Source of the DNA: an uncultured Candidatus Moduliflexus sp.
Lineage (GTDB): Bacteria > Moduliflexota > Moduliflexia > Moduliflexales > Moduliflexaceae
Direction: 5' to 3'
Assembly: GCA_964498135.1 (NCBI GenBank)
Contig: CAZCGG010000008.1
Coordinates: 1 to 46,266, forward strand
Length of the DNA: 46,266 nt
The notes below the pieces were generated by a model that ran no database searches, was not told where the DNA came from, and saw only the letters and a list, made by a program, of their open reading frames with translations. Shown here one piece after another: positions 26,800-35,775 of this stretch. The stretch's first letter is position 1. The number at the start of each line of letters is the position of its first letter. The translations under genes were made by a program, and so were the position numbers.

Positions 26800-27140
26800 A
26801 CATCCTCCGTCAAACAATGGTTGGTGAACCGCCGACATGCGCGGGCTGCAAAACGGGTTGACGATATGCAGGGCGGAGATTCTGTCAAGGAATTTCGGCG
26901 CGGCAGGCGAATTGCGGCGGTGCAAGCGGCTTTCCGGCGATCTCATACGCCGCGCAAAAAATTTTTTTTGGTAGATGTAAAACTTCTTGACATGAGCAGT
27001 GAAAGATTTGATGATGGATCATGATTTTGAGACAGGTGGGTCTGTCAAACAAAGCCGTTCGGGCAGCGGCGTGGAAGCTTATTCCACGCCAAGTTAGGTT
27101 TAATTAAAAACGGGACATCATCATAAAAAAAGTAACATTT

Positions 27141-27367
27141 ATGAAAACATATCAAAGTAAAAAATTAATTATTGGGTTTATCTTAGGCAGTTTTTTGTAC
27201 TTTGTTTCGTCATTGGATGTGCAACTACGGATGAAAAACAAAAAATAACCGTATCTCAAACGGGCATCTTAATAGGCGTTATTGGTACATTTATCCTTTT
27301 TACATGGGCAAATCTGGCCACGAGCGATATTAAAAAAGAAGGTATTATTAAAGTATTATTTAGGTAG
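27141..27367 (+). pseudogene. Small lipoprotein-like gene interrupted at a T6 tract
   Basis: ATG 27141 opens MKTYQSKKLIIGFILGS and stops at 27246-27248. One extra T in T6 (27191-27196) would give ...GSFFVLCFVIGC|ATTDEKQ... (lipobox VIGC) plus a C-terminal TM (GILIGVIGTFILFTW), ending at TAG 27365-27367. No SD is visible. Confidence 0.35.
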
Positions 27368-27535
27368 TCTTTTTGCAGGATATGGTTTATCATAAAAATA
27401 AATCAAGCTGCTCAAAATCTATCGGCGTGGGTTGAATTACGAAGAAAGGGATGAATCTCAAAAATAGAATACTTACTTGAAGAAGCTCGCAACCTCAACA
27501 AAGTTGTTAAACATATTCATGCGCATGTGGCGCGG

Positions 27536-27571
27536 AAACAGGGAAGAAATGATTGTTTCTTCCCTGTTTTT
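27536..27571 (+). terminator. Strong plus-strand hairpin terminator in the non-coding AT-rich islet
   Basis: 14-bp perfect stem AAACAGGGAAGAAA / TTTCTTCCCTGTTT, 6-nt loop, T tail. Confidence 0.6.
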
Positions 27572-27574
27572 GTC

Positions 27575-27603
27575 TTGACGGAAGATAGGGGAGAATGATA
27601 AAT
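27575..27603 (+). promoter_or_regulatory. Candidate promoter of the PIN operon
   Basis: TTGACG (27575-27580), 17-nt spacer ending in TG, ATAAAT (27598-27603). A strong SD GAGGAGGG lies 7 nt before ATG 27666. Confidence 0.3.
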
Positions 27604-27665
27604 GATAGTAGTCTGAAAACAACGAGGTAAGTTGAATCATCGCCACGTTCGAGGAGGGTTCAGGA

Positions 27666-28139
27666 ATGTTTCAAATCTATCTTGACACATCAGTGATCTC
27701 GGCATATTTTGATTTTCATAAACCGATCCGACAATTGATCACGCAAAAATGGTTTGAATATAATGCCCAAGAGTATCAGTTATTTGCATCAAGCGTGGTG
27801 TTAGAGGAAATCCATAAGAATACCGATCAAATCTTGTTAGTCAAGATGTTACAACTTCTTGATGAATATGTGGTATCAATTCTTGAAGTCAATGAGGAGA
27901 TTACTCGACTTGCAGAACAATATCGTTCCCAAATCCTACCACAGGAAATAAACGATACGCTTCATCTCGCGATTGCGTCATACGCTCAACTTGATGCGAT
28001 TGTTTCGTGGAATTTTCGGCATATCGTGAATTTAAAAACTATGAAAATCATTCAAGAAATCAATAGACAACAAAACTATCCCGAAATTCAAATTCTCACG
28101 CTTGAACAGATCGGAGGGGCACAATATGGCAGTCTATAA
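27666..28139 (+). CDS. PIN-domain ribonuclease-like protein (VapC-like toxin candidate)
   Basis: Acidic residues sit at PIN positions: IYLDTSV (Asp7), VVLEEIH, EINDTLHLAIA, VSWNFRHI. 157 aa, AT-rich. Confidence 0.75.
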   Translation: MFQIYLDTSVISAYFDFHKPIRQLITQKWFEYNAQEYQLFASSVVLEEIHKNTDQILLVKMLQLLDEYVVSILEVNEEITRLAEQYRSQILPQEINDTLHLAIASYAQLDAIVSWNFRHIVNLKTMKIIQEINRQQNYPEIQILTLEQIGGAQYGSL

Positions 28140-28365
28140 AAATGACTATATCAAAGAAGAAGATCGAATGCTCTGGGAATTACATAACATTCGCCATGAA
28201 TTGGCAGAACAACATCAAACTCCAGAACAAATCAATACTATTGGTCGCCAGATTATTGCACAATATCATTTGAAGAATCTCAAAATTGTTCAACCGAGCA
28301 GGGTTCAGTATAAAAAAATGCCTAACGATCTGCTTGCACCGGAGCGCAAACAGCAACGAACATGA
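28126..28365 (+). CDS. Small helical protein, candidate cognate antitoxin/partner (79 aa)
   Basis: ATG 28126 is preceded by GGAGGGG at 7 nt and overlaps the PIN stop by 14 nt. Charged helical sequence (KEEDRMLWELHNIRHELAEQHQTPEQINTIGRQII). Confidence 0.5.
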   Translation: MAVYKNDYIKEEDRMLWELHNIRHELAEQHQTPEQINTIGRQIIAQYHLKNLKIVQPSRVQYKKMPNDLLAPERKQQRT

Positions 28366-28570
28366 TATATCGTCACCTTGCAAGGATTCTGAAGGCGATT
28401 GGGTTTCAGGAAAAAAAGATCAAAGCCGCCTATATTGTTTTTGCACATCCGAAAAGCAATGCGTTGATTCTTCTCCCATATTATCCGTCGAAAAGAAGGA
28501 TCATCCTTCCTCATCTTTCAATGATTACGCGGATAATTTGCTGGCAGTCTTTGAATTGCAGGACGCCTGA
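28362..28570 (+). CDS. Possible third small gene of the operon (HicA/YcfA-like N-terminus?); end uncertain, possibly frameshifted
   Basis: Its ATG overlaps the previous stop (ATGA). LARILKAIGFQEKKIKAAYIVFAHPKSNALILLPYYPSK loosely resembles HicA-type toxins. This frame never stops before 29096, running antisense through the thioredoxin-fold gene. A different frame ends at TGA 28568-28570, inside the terminator hairpin. Confidence 0.25.
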
Positions 28571-28596
28571 AAGGTGTTCGAAAACCTGTCAGGCGT
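28563..28596. terminator. Bidirectional hairpin between the PIN operon and the convergent thioredoxin-fold gene
   Basis: ACGCCTGAAAGGT / ACCTGTCAGGCGT (12 of 13 positions pair), 8-nt loop. Confidence 0.5.
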
Positions 28597-28607
28597 GTTC
28601 TCATCGT

Positions 28608-29123
28608 TTATTTCTGCTCATCTTTTTTCGCTGTCGCCGCCGGGAAATATTCCCAATCTTCCGGCGCGTTCTTCGCGGCTTCGGCGCGGATTTTTTCGAC
28701 AATCACCTGCGGGCCGAGGCTGTCAAGCACGTCTTTGCAGCCGTTTTTCAGGCAGGCATCCACCTGATCCAGAATTTGCGCCCCGGTGGTTTCCGGCGTT
28801 TGAAAGCCCACCATGTTCCAATCGCCGATCAACGTAATCGGCACGCTCGTGGCTTTGATATTGTGTGCCTTGGCGAGCGCATCCGCCAATTTCGCAAATT
28901 CAGGGTGATTCCAAATTTCGAACCAGCGCATTTCAAGGTCGGGATACTCCTTGCGAATCTTTTGCAAAAATTCCCGCTCATCTTCGCAATGCGGGCAGCC
29001 TTCGCCCCAGAACAAGTACAGAATCACCGGCGGCTTCGGCTGCTCTTCAGCCATAACCACTTCGCCTTGAATCCCAAAAAAGATGGAGCAGCATAACATC
29101 ACGAACATCAATAGCATCCTCAT
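28608..29123 (-). CDS. Secreted thioredoxin/glutaredoxin-fold protein (CPHC active site)
   Basis: Signal peptide MRMLLMFVMLCCSIFFG, then LFWGEGCPHCEDE. The start was placed at ATG 29123 (SD GGAGGG at 7 nt). Confidence 0.75.
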   Translation of the reverse strand: MRMLLMFVMLCCSIFFGIQGEVVMAEEQPKPPVILYLFWGEGCPHCEDEREFLQKIRKEYPDLEMRWFEIWNHPEFAKLADALAKAHNIKATSVPITLIGDWNMVGFQTPETTGAQILDQVDACLKNGCKDVLDSLGPQVIVEKIRAEAAKNAPEDWEYFPAATAKKDEQK

Positions 29124-29186
29124 CGCATTACCCTCCATAAAGTGAATCAATTTATCTCACAAATCCCCATTCAGTCACGCATTTAT

Positions 29187-29330
29187 TAGACCTCTTGCAA
29201 AAGTCCCTCCCGTTCGCCCTGAGCCTGTCGAAGGGCGCGCTTGACTGGTGTTTCTCCCTGAGAATCCGCTCTTCGACAGGCTCAGAGCGAACGGGGTGTC
29301 GAGGAAACAATGACTTATGCAAGAGGTCTA
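29187..29330. mobile_element. MITE-like non-autonomous element, copy B (144 bp)
   Basis: TA-GACCTCTTGCAAAAG ... TTATGCAAGAGGTC-TA termini; core CCGTTCGCCCTGAGCCTGTCGAAGGG / CTCTTCGACAGGCTCAGAGCGAACGG. Confidence 0.7.
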
Positions 29331-29331
29331 A

Positions 29332-30072
29332 TCATGCTGATTCACGCTCCGCCGCCGCTTGCCGCTCGATCTGAACGGTCAGCGCGTTGAGCGCGTCGGC
29401 CACGCGGCGTTGATAGGCCGCAATCGTCTCCTTATCCGCGTCATGCGGCACGAAGATCGGCGCGCCGCACTTGACGGAAACCGTCGAAAAGGGCAGGGAA
29501 ACAATCGTGCGATCCCAGCTTTTCAGGCGCAGGGAGCGGCTCGAACATCCCGCCAGCGGAATAATCGGCATGCCTGAATGCTTCGCTAACAGCACCGGCC
29601 CGGCCTTGCACTCACGCAGTGGCCCTTTTGGGCCATCCACGCCAATCACCACGTCATGCCCGCCGCGCAGCGCGTCCGTCAATTGCAAAAATCCGCGCAC
29701 GCCGCCCCGCGTCGAAGAGCCGCGCACCGAATAAAACCCCAACAGCCGGTTCAAGCGGGCCAAATATTCCCCGTCGCGGCTTTGGCTGACGAGAATCGCA
29801 ATCTGCCTTCCGCGCAGCACCCACGCATTCGTCAGCACATGCTCATGCCAGCCGACGTAAATCATATTCGGATAGTTCGCCCGCAGCGCATTGATTTCGG
29901 CTTCCCCGAACAGCCGGACGCGCAAGGTTGCGCCAAGCCCGTAAAAAAACAGGAACCCCGCCGTCGGCACAAGCGCTTTTAAAACATGGTGACTGACAGA
30001 ACGTTGGATTTGCTTGAATGTCATGGTTTCATCGCGCCAAAGCGACAAGACGCCAAGCCTATTTTCAGGCAT
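29332..30072 (-). CDS. DUF374-type lysophospholipid acyltransferase-like protein
   Basis: WHEH..., SQSRDGE, RGSSTRGG and DGPKGP motifs match my memory of the DUF374 family that is commonly linked to lipid A / Kdo genes. ATG 30072 overlaps the lpxB stop (ATGCCTGA); ATG 30024 is an alternative start. Confidence 0.7.
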   Translation of the reverse strand: MPENRLGVLSLWRDETMTFKQIQRSVSHHVLKALVPTAGFLFFYGLGATLRVRLFGEAEINALRANYPNMIYVGWHEHVLTNAWVLRGRQIAILVSQSRDGEYLARLNRLLGFYSVRGSSTRGGVRGFLQLTDALRGGHDVVIGVDGPKGPLRECKAGPVLLAKHSGMPIIPLAGCSSRSLRLKSWDRTIVSLPFSTVSVKCGAPIFVPHDADKETIAAYQRRVADALNALTVQIERQAAAERESA

Positions 30073-31264
30073 TTTTGGCGGCTTGGCGGCTTGGCGCAAG
30101 AAATTCGTCGGAAATGCGGCCTTGTAGCACGTGTTCAATCACGGCGGCGGCGCGGTCAGTTGCGCCCGGTTCGCCTAATTTTTGACGCGCGACGCGCAAT
30201 TCTTGGCGAATGTCCGCGAGGGCGGCCGGATTGTTCAACAAGCGTAGCGCCTCCTGCGCGATGGCGTCGGGCGTGGCGGCCTGCTGAATAAACTCTTTCG
30301 CCACCTCTTTCCCTGCAATCAGGTTGACCATGCCGATAAAGCGCACGTTGATGAATTTCGAGCCGATCCAATACGTCAACGGCGCGACGATATACGCAAT
30401 CATCATCGGCGTTTCAAGAATCGCCGTTTCGACCGTCACCGTGCCGGAGGCCGTGATGACGAGATCGGCGGCGCGAATCGCCTCGTATGTCTGCTGGCGA
30501 ACGGGAATCACCCACGACGGCAAATCGGCAAACAAGGCAGATTGCTCTAACGGCGGCGCGACCGGCAAAATAAATTGCGTCTCCGGCTGCCGCTGGCGAA
30601 TGCGCTGCGCGGCGGCCAGCATGACCGGCAGCAGGCGTTCGACTTCGCTGTCGCGGCTGCCCGGCAGCAATCCGAGAATTGGGCGTTCCGGCGCGAGGCC
30701 ATGCCGCTCGCAGAATTGCGCTTTCGTCAGCGACGAGCGGACGCTTTCGACAAGCGGATGCCCAATCCATTCGACATCCACGCCGCGCCGCCGGTAAAAT
30801 TCCTGCTCAAACGGGAAAATCACGATCATTTTCGTGACGACGCGCTGAATCAATTTCACCCGCGACGACCGCCACGCCCAGACTTGCGGGCTAATGTAAT
30901 ACACCACCGGAATGCCGAGTTTATGGGCGACTCGCGCCAAACGCAGGTTAAAATCCGGGTAGTCAACCAACATCACGAGATCGGGGCGTTCTTCCTTGAG
31001 AAAGCGCGTCAGCTTGCGGAAGACGCTCCAGACGACGCCCAATTTTTTCAGCACTTCCACCACGCCGACGACCGCTAATTCATCGCTGCTGCTGAGCAGC
31101 GCGACGCCTTCGGCCTTGAGATGCGCTCCGCCGACGCCGGAAATCTGCGCGTCCGGCCGCCGCCGCTTGATGGCGCGAACTAAGTGCGCGCCGTGCAGGT
31201 CGCCGGAGGCTTCGCCCGTGACAATAAGCATTCGAGGAGAATGCGCCGTTTGTCGTGTTTGCAT
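30065..31264 (-). CDS. lpxB: Lipid-A-disaccharide synthase
   Basis: LIVTGEASGDLHGAHL, ELAVVGVVEVL, VDYPDFNLRLA, YYISPQVWAWR, LLPGSR. The start was placed at MQTRQT (SD AAGGA). Confidence 0.9.
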   Translation of the reverse strand: MQTRQTAHSPRMLIVTGEASGDLHGAHLVRAIKRRRPDAQISGVGGAHLKAEGVALLSSSDELAVVGVVEVLKKLGVVWSVFRKLTRFLKEERPDLVMLVDYPDFNLRLARVAHKLGIPVVYYISPQVWAWRSSRVKLIQRVVTKMIVIFPFEQEFYRRRGVDVEWIGHPLVESVRSSLTKAQFCERHGLAPERPILGLLPGSRDSEVERLLPVMLAAAQRIRQRQPETQFILPVAPPLEQSALFADLPSWVIPVRQQTYEAIRAADLVITASGTVTVETAILETPMMIAYIVAPLTYWIGSKFINVRFIGMVNLIAGKEVAKEFIQQAATPDAIAQEALRLLNNPAALADIRQELRVARQKLGEPGATDRAAAVIEHVLQGRISDEFLAPSRQAAKNA

Positions 31265-31392
31265 GCTCAATCCTTTCCGCAAAACGCAAGACATTTGTCA
31301 AGAACTGAATTGCGGCGATTTTCAGATTTCCCGCATAATATCTGTTGACAAGAAAGAAGGTGAAAACCAGAGTAACAACAGAGGTGAATACC

Positions 31393-31656
31393 ATGAATAC
31401 GGTCACATATACTCAAGTTCAGACATTAGTACGGCAAATTCCCGCGACAAAACTGCCTCTTGCTTACCGATTCCTCGCTGATTTGGTTGCGGGTGAGACA
31501 AATGAATTATTGCCGCAGCAAGCGTTTCTCCGCCTCCCGCTTTCCGAACGGCGGCGCAGAATGGCTGAACAAGCGCATGCCTTGACGGCTCACTATGCCG
31601 AGCAGTCCGCAAATCGCCAAGACTGGCAGGCAGGGGATTTTCATGATGATTATTAA
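31393..31656 (+). CDS. Putative antitoxin (DUF2281-like N-terminus) of the adjacent MazF/PemK remnant
   Basis: SD GAGGTGA lies 5 nt before the ATG. VQTLVRQIPATKLPLAYRFLADLV resembles DUF2281-type antitoxins. Its stop overlaps the toxin ATG. Confidence 0.55.
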   Translation: MNTVTYTQVQTLVRQIPATKLPLAYRFLADLVAGETNELLPQQAFLRLPLSERRRRMAEQAHALTAHYAEQSANRQDWQAGDFHDDY

Positions 31657-31910
31657 GCGCGGAGAAGTCTGGCTCGTCAATCTTGATCCGACGATAGGCT
31701 CGGAAATTCGGAAAACTCGTCCGGTTATGGCATGTCAAAATAGAGCCGGATTCTTCGAATAAATTGACAAAAATATCAGCCGTTGACACATTACAGCTAC
31801 GCGGCGTTGATAATCAGCGATTTGTTCAAAAATTAGGTGTGGTTTCTGCTGAAATCATGAAATCCATAGTAAACGCCATCGTTGCAGTTATTGAATATGA
31901 ACCAGAATAA
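31643..31910 (+). pseudogene. mazF: mazF/pemK-family toxin gene with an internal out-of-frame deletion
   Basis: The N-terminal frame gives MMIIKRGEVWLVNLDPTIGSEIRKTRPV, then nonsense and TAA at 31760-31762. A second frame gives ...[59 protein letters not shown], ending at 31908-31910. The central segment expected in MazF/PemK proteins is missing. Confidence 0.75.
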
Positions 31911-31933
31911 AGGACTTTTTAAAAATAACACGT

Positions 31934-33733
31934 ATGAAGATTGAACACATTCGAAATTTTTCGATTATTGCCCATATTGATCACGGCAAATCCACGCTGG
32001 CCGACCGGCTGCTTGAAACGACAAAAACAGTTGCCAAACGAGACATGATGGCGCAAGTGCTGGATAATATGGATTTGGAGCGCGAACGCGGCATTACCAT
32101 CAAATCGCATCCGGTGCGCCTCAGCTATACGGCCAAAAACGGCGAAGAGTATGAACTCAATTTGATTGACACGCCGGGACACGTGGATTTTTCTTATGAA
32201 GTGTCGCGCAGCCTCGCGGCCTGCGACGGCGCGCTGCTGCTCGTGGACGCGACGCAGGGCGTCGAGGCGCAAACCCTCGCCAACGTCTATTTGGCGATGG
32301 AGCATAATTTGGCGATTATCCCGATTATCAATAAAATTGACCTGCCGAGCGCGGACATTGAGCATACCCGCGAGCAAATCGAAGAGGTGTTGGGGATTGA
32401 CGCGACGGACGCGATTCCGGTCAGCGCGAAGCAGGGCATCGGCATTGACGACGTGCTGGAGGCGATTGTCGAGCGCATTCCCGCGCCGAAAGGCGATCCC
32501 GCCGCGCCGTTGAAAGCCCTGATTTTCGATTCGTGGTTTAATGAATATTTGGGAACGGTTGTCTATGTGCGCGTCGTGGACGGCGCGATTACGAAAGGGA
32601 GGCAGATTCGCATGATGGCGACCGGCAAAGAATTCGACGTGACGGACGTGGGCTTGCTGCGGCTCGGCCTCGTGCCGACCGGCGAACTCACGACCGGCTC
32701 TGTCGGCTATTTTGTCGGCAGCATCAAAGAAGTGCGCGACACGAAAATCGGCGACACCGTGACCGGTGCGGAACATCCCGCGAATGAGCCGCTTTCCGGC
32801 TTCAGAGATGTCAAGCCGATGGTGTTCAGCGGCCTGTTCCCGTCGGTTGGCGCGGAATATGAGCATCTGCGCGAGAGCCTCGAAAAATTGGCGTTGAACG
32901 ATTCCGCGTTTCTGTTCGAGCCGGAAATGTCCGAAGCGCTCGGACCCGGCTTTCGCTGCGGCTTTCTCGGCTTGCTGCACATGGAAATCGTGCAGGAGCG
33001 GCTGGAGCGTGAGTTCGATCTCGCGCTGCTGACGACCGCGCCGAGCGTCGTCTATCGCATCGTGCGTCTCGACGGCTCGGAAGAATATATTTCCAATCCG
33101 GCGCATTTCCCCGAAAAGAACGAACGCGAGCGCGTTGAAGAACCGATTATCCGCGCCACGATCTTTCTTCCGGCGGATTATCTCGGCAACATCCTGAAAT
33201 TGGCGCAAGACCGGCGCGGCATCCAGAAAGGCATGGAATACATCGCCAACAATAAAGTCGTGCTGCGCTATGAATTTCCGCTTAATGAGACGGTGCTGGA
33301 TTTTTACGATAAGCTGAAAAGCTTGACAAAAGGCTACGCATCGTTCGATTATGAGCATATCGGCTACCGCGAATCGGATATTGTGAAGCTCGATATTCTG
33401 CTGAACGGCGACCCGATTGACGCGCTTTCGATTATCGTTCACCGCGATAAAGCCTACGCGCGCGGCAAGGAATTAGTCGAAAAAATGCGGAAGCTGATTC
33501 CGCGCCAAATGTTTGAAGTGGCGATTCAGGCCGCGCTCGGCAACAAAGTCATTGCCCGCGAAACCGTCTCCGCCATGCGGAAAAACGTGCTGGCGAAATG
33601 CTATGGCGGCGACATCACGCGGAAACGCAAGCTGTTGGAAAAGCAGAAAGAAGGCAAAAAACGCATGCGGCAGGTCGGCAAAGTCGAAGTGCCGCAAGAG
33701 GCGTTCATGGCGATTTTGCAGGTTGAAAACTAA
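31934..33733 (+). CDS. lepA: Translation elongation factor 4
   Basis: [36 protein letters not shown] and the LepA-specific C-terminus ([21 protein letters not shown]). Confidence 0.97.
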   Translation: MKIEHIRNFSIIAHIDHGKSTLADRLLETTKTVAKRDMMAQVLDNMDLERERGITIKSHPVRLSYTAKNGEEYELNLIDTPGHVDFSYEVSRSLAACDGALLLVDATQGVEAQTLANVYLAMEHNLAIIPIINKIDLPSADIEHTREQIEEVLGIDATDAIPVSAKQGIGIDDVLEAIVERIPAPKGDPAAPLKALIFDSWFNEYLGTVVYVRVVDGAITKGRQIRMMATGKEFDVTDVGLLRLGLVPTGELTTGSVGYFVGSIKEVRDTKIGDTVTGAEHPANEPLSGFRDVKPMVFSGLFPSVGAEYEHLRESLEKLALNDSAFLFEPEMSEALGPGFRCGFLGLLHMEIVQERLEREFDLALLTTAPSVVYRIVRLDGSEEYISNPAHFPEKNERERVEEPIIRATIFLPADYLGNILKLAQDRRGIQKGMEYIANNKVVLRYEFPLNETVLDFYDKLKSLTKGYASFDYEHIGYRESDIVKLDILLNGDPIDALSIIVHRDKAYARGKELVEKMRKLIPRQMFEVAIQAALGNKVIARETVSAMRKNVLAKCYGGDITRKRKLLEKQKEGKKRMRQVGKVEVPQEAFMAILQVEN

Positions 33734-33770
33734 CGAATCACGATGAGAAATAGAACGCTGATTTTATTGT

Positions 33771-33842
33771 AACGCAAAAGACGCGAACGACATAACAGCC
33801 GCAAACGTTAGCGTCTCTTGCGCCTGTCGCGTCTTTTGCGTT
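33771..33842. repeat. Palindromic intergenic repeat, AACGCAA...TTGCGTT family
   Basis: AACGCAAAAGACGCGAACG ... GCGTCTCTTGCGCCTGTCGCGTCTTTTGCGTT, directly after lepA. Confidence 0.6.
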
Positions 33843-33877
33843 CAGTTTTTTATTTCTCGCATCAAGGAGAATTTGCT

Positions 33878-34270
33878 ATGGCAGACGAAACGAAACAAGA
33901 GCAATCCAACCAAGAACAGGACAAAGCGAACGAGAAAAAGGATCGGACGGAGTTTGAGAATTTCTTTCACCAGATGTTTCTTTTCGGGCTGGGCGTGCAG
34001 CGCGACATCGAAGACACGGTGAAAAATCTCATCGAACGCGGCGAAAAACGGGCGGAAGACCAGCAGAAAGTCGTGGATGATTTCATGAACAAGGCCAAAG
34101 AAAACACCGGCAAAGTCGAAGAAAAAATTAACGACATGATTAATAAGACGCTGGAGCGCATGAACCTCGTGCCGAAAGAAAAATTCGACGCCTTAGAACG
34201 GCGGGTTCAGATTCTCGAAAGCAAGGTTTTGGAATTGGAACAGCGGATGAAAGAACAACAGTCCGCGTAA
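33878..34270 (+). CDS. Phasin / coiled-coil family protein (COG3937-like)
   Basis: SD AGGAGA. Charged coiled-coil protein ending in LVPKEKFDALERRVQILESKVLELE. The family assignment is tentative. Confidence 0.5.
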   Translation: MADETKQEQSNQEQDKANEKKDRTEFENFFHQMFLFGLGVQRDIEDTVKNLIERGEKRAEDQQKVVDDFMNKAKENTGKVEEKINDMINKTLERMNLVPKEKFDALERRVQILESKVLELEQRMKEQQSA

Positions 34271-34275
34271 CGCTT

Positions 34276-35712
34276 ATGAGGCCGAATCCGGGAATGCGAT
34301 GCCTCTGTCTTTTTCTGGTATTCGCGCTCATGTTTTCTTTTTCGGCCTGCCGCGCGCCGGAGCAGCAGGCCGAAAAGGCGTATCAAAAAGGGCTGGCATT
34401 CAAGGAACTTCAGCAAGTTCAACTGGCGGAAGAGCAATTCCGCGCCGCGCTGACCCTCTCGCCCCATCATCTCGCCGCGCGCCTCGAATTAGGCAAACTC
34501 CTCTGCGACAGGCGCGAATTTCGCCAAGGGTTGAAAGAATTCCTCACGGCGGCAGAATATGCCGACACGCCGCAGCTTTCCTCGCTGATCGGCTACGCGC
34601 ATGAGCAACTCGGCCATGCCGCGCTCGCGGAAACGTGGTATCGCCGCGCCATCGCGCAAGCGCCGCGCTTGACCGACGCGCGGCTGCGGCTCGCGGATTT
34701 GCTGGAAACGCAAGGCCGACGCCGGGAAGCGGCGGATATGATGCAAGAAGCCTTGCGCATGAGTCCGTATGGCGACGAAGCGGATCGGATTGAAACCCGC
34801 TCTGAATTGCTGCGGCAGACCGACGACCCGGACGCGCATTACGCGCTGGCGGATATTTATATCCGCGAAGGCCGCATTTTACAGGGGATTCAGGAATATC
34901 AGGCCGCGATGCCGTCGGCGCCGAACGATCCGTATGCCGCCGTCAATTTGGCGATTTTCTGCCTTGATCGCAAGCAATACGCCGCCGCGCTGACATATTT
35001 TCAGCAAGCCCGCGACGCCGGATTAGACGCCAAACTTGAGGTGCATGCGGGCTTAGCGGTCGCGCATGAGCAGCTTGGGCAATTTGGCGAGGCCGCGCAG
35101 GAATATCGGCTGGCCTTGCAGATCGACCATGAATGGCACGAACTGCGTCTGAAAGTGGCGGAAATGCTCAAAAAATCCGGCCAAAAGGCGGCGGCGGCGG
35201 ACGAATTGGAGCAGATATTTTACTTGTCGCGGCATCATCCGTCGCTGCGTTTGGGCGCGGGCTATCTTCCGGCGGTCAATCTGCTTTGGGAGGAAATTCT
35301 GCGGCTGCGCGGCGAAGCGTCGCGCAAAACCGTCGTGGAAATGACCGCCTTTGACCAATATTCCGCCGTCGTGCCGGGGCTGATCAATGAGCGTGCCACC
35401 GCCGCGCTGCTTATCGAGGAGCAGGCGGAATACGTGATTCTTTCTCAACCGTTTGCCGCCGCGCTTGGCCTCGAAATCACGCCGGACACGAGCGAAGTCC
35501 TGTTCGATCTCAACGGCTATCCGGCGTCCGCGCCGCTTGTCAATCTGCCGTCGCTGAAAATCGGCGCGCTGGAAGTCCGCAACCTCCCGGCGGTCATCTG
35601 GAATCTGTCCGATTATCCCGGGATTGACGGCATTCTCGGCAAGAGCTTCCTCAAGCATTTCCGCGTCGAAATCCGCTACAATGAACGCCTGTTTATTTTG
35701 ACAAAATTATAA
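34276..35712 (+). CDS. TPR-repeat lipoprotein with C-terminal retropepsin-like domain (catalytic motif substituted)
   Basis: Lipobox LMFSFSAC. Multiple TPR units. The C-terminal ~110 aa have the bacterial retropepsin-like layout (GILGKSFLKHFRVEIRY), but LLIEEQAEYVILS occupies the place of xxDTGAS. Confidence 0.7.
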   Translation: MRPNPGMRCLCLFLVFALMFSFSACRAPEQQAEKAYQKGLAFKELQQVQLAEEQFRAALTLSPHHLAARLELGKLLCDRREFRQGLKEFLTAAEYADTPQLSSLIGYAHEQLGHAALAETWYRRAIAQAPRLTDARLRLADLLETQGRRREAADMMQEALRMSPYGDEADRIETRSELLRQTDDPDAHYALADIYIREGRILQGIQEYQAAMPSAPNDPYAAVNLAIFCLDRKQYAAALTYFQQARDAGLDAKLEVHAGLAVAHEQLGQFGEAAQEYRLALQIDHEWHELRLKVAEMLKKSGQKAAAADELEQIFYLSRHHPSLRLGAGYLPAVNLLWEEILRLRGEASRKTVVEMTAFDQYSAVVPGLINERATAALLIEEQAEYVILSQPFAAALGLEITPDTSEVLFDLNGYPASAPLVNLPSLKIGALEVRNLPAVIWNLSDYPGIDGILGKSFLKHFRVEIRYNERLFILTKL

Positions 35713-35775
35713 ACCGTTTATGCGGAATAACACACTGATGAGACTGATTTTTCCGCGTGTATTAAGATCAATTTT

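Noticed and set aside
26800-26946. Listed 49-codon N-terminal extension of carB
   Set aside because: The conserved CarB N-terminus begins at MPRIQGMRKVLIIGSGP, with a GGAGGA SD directly upstream. The extension has no homology to CarB.
26950-27140. tRNA or other structured RNA gene at the edge of the AT-rich islet (hairpin GGCGTGGAA/TTCCACGCC at 27068-27090)
   Set aside because: No cloverleaf can be drawn and no T-loop or anticodon-arm features are present. It is a single isolated hairpin without a T tail.
28362-29096. 244-aa ORF extending from the AT-rich islet through the thioredoxin-fold gene on the opposite strand
   Set aside because: Only the first ~45 codons (AT-rich, ATGA-coupled) look coding. 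The remainder is antisense to a well-supported CPHC gene and crosses a terminator hairpin. Kept only as a low-confidence short feature.
31919-33442. 507-aa ORF antisense to lepA, and similar long antisense or out-of-frame ORFs (e.g. 2065-2874, 9792-10592, 13012-13728, 18511-19146, 19952-20521, 22288-23037, 35053-35658, 36678-37361, 37475-38263, 43606-44562, 44997-45656)
   Set aside because: They lie opposite or overlapping strongly supported genes in GC-rich DNA. Their translations are Arg/Ala/Gly/His-rich with no motifs, and they lack SD sequences. This is the usual stop-codon-poor antisense artefact.
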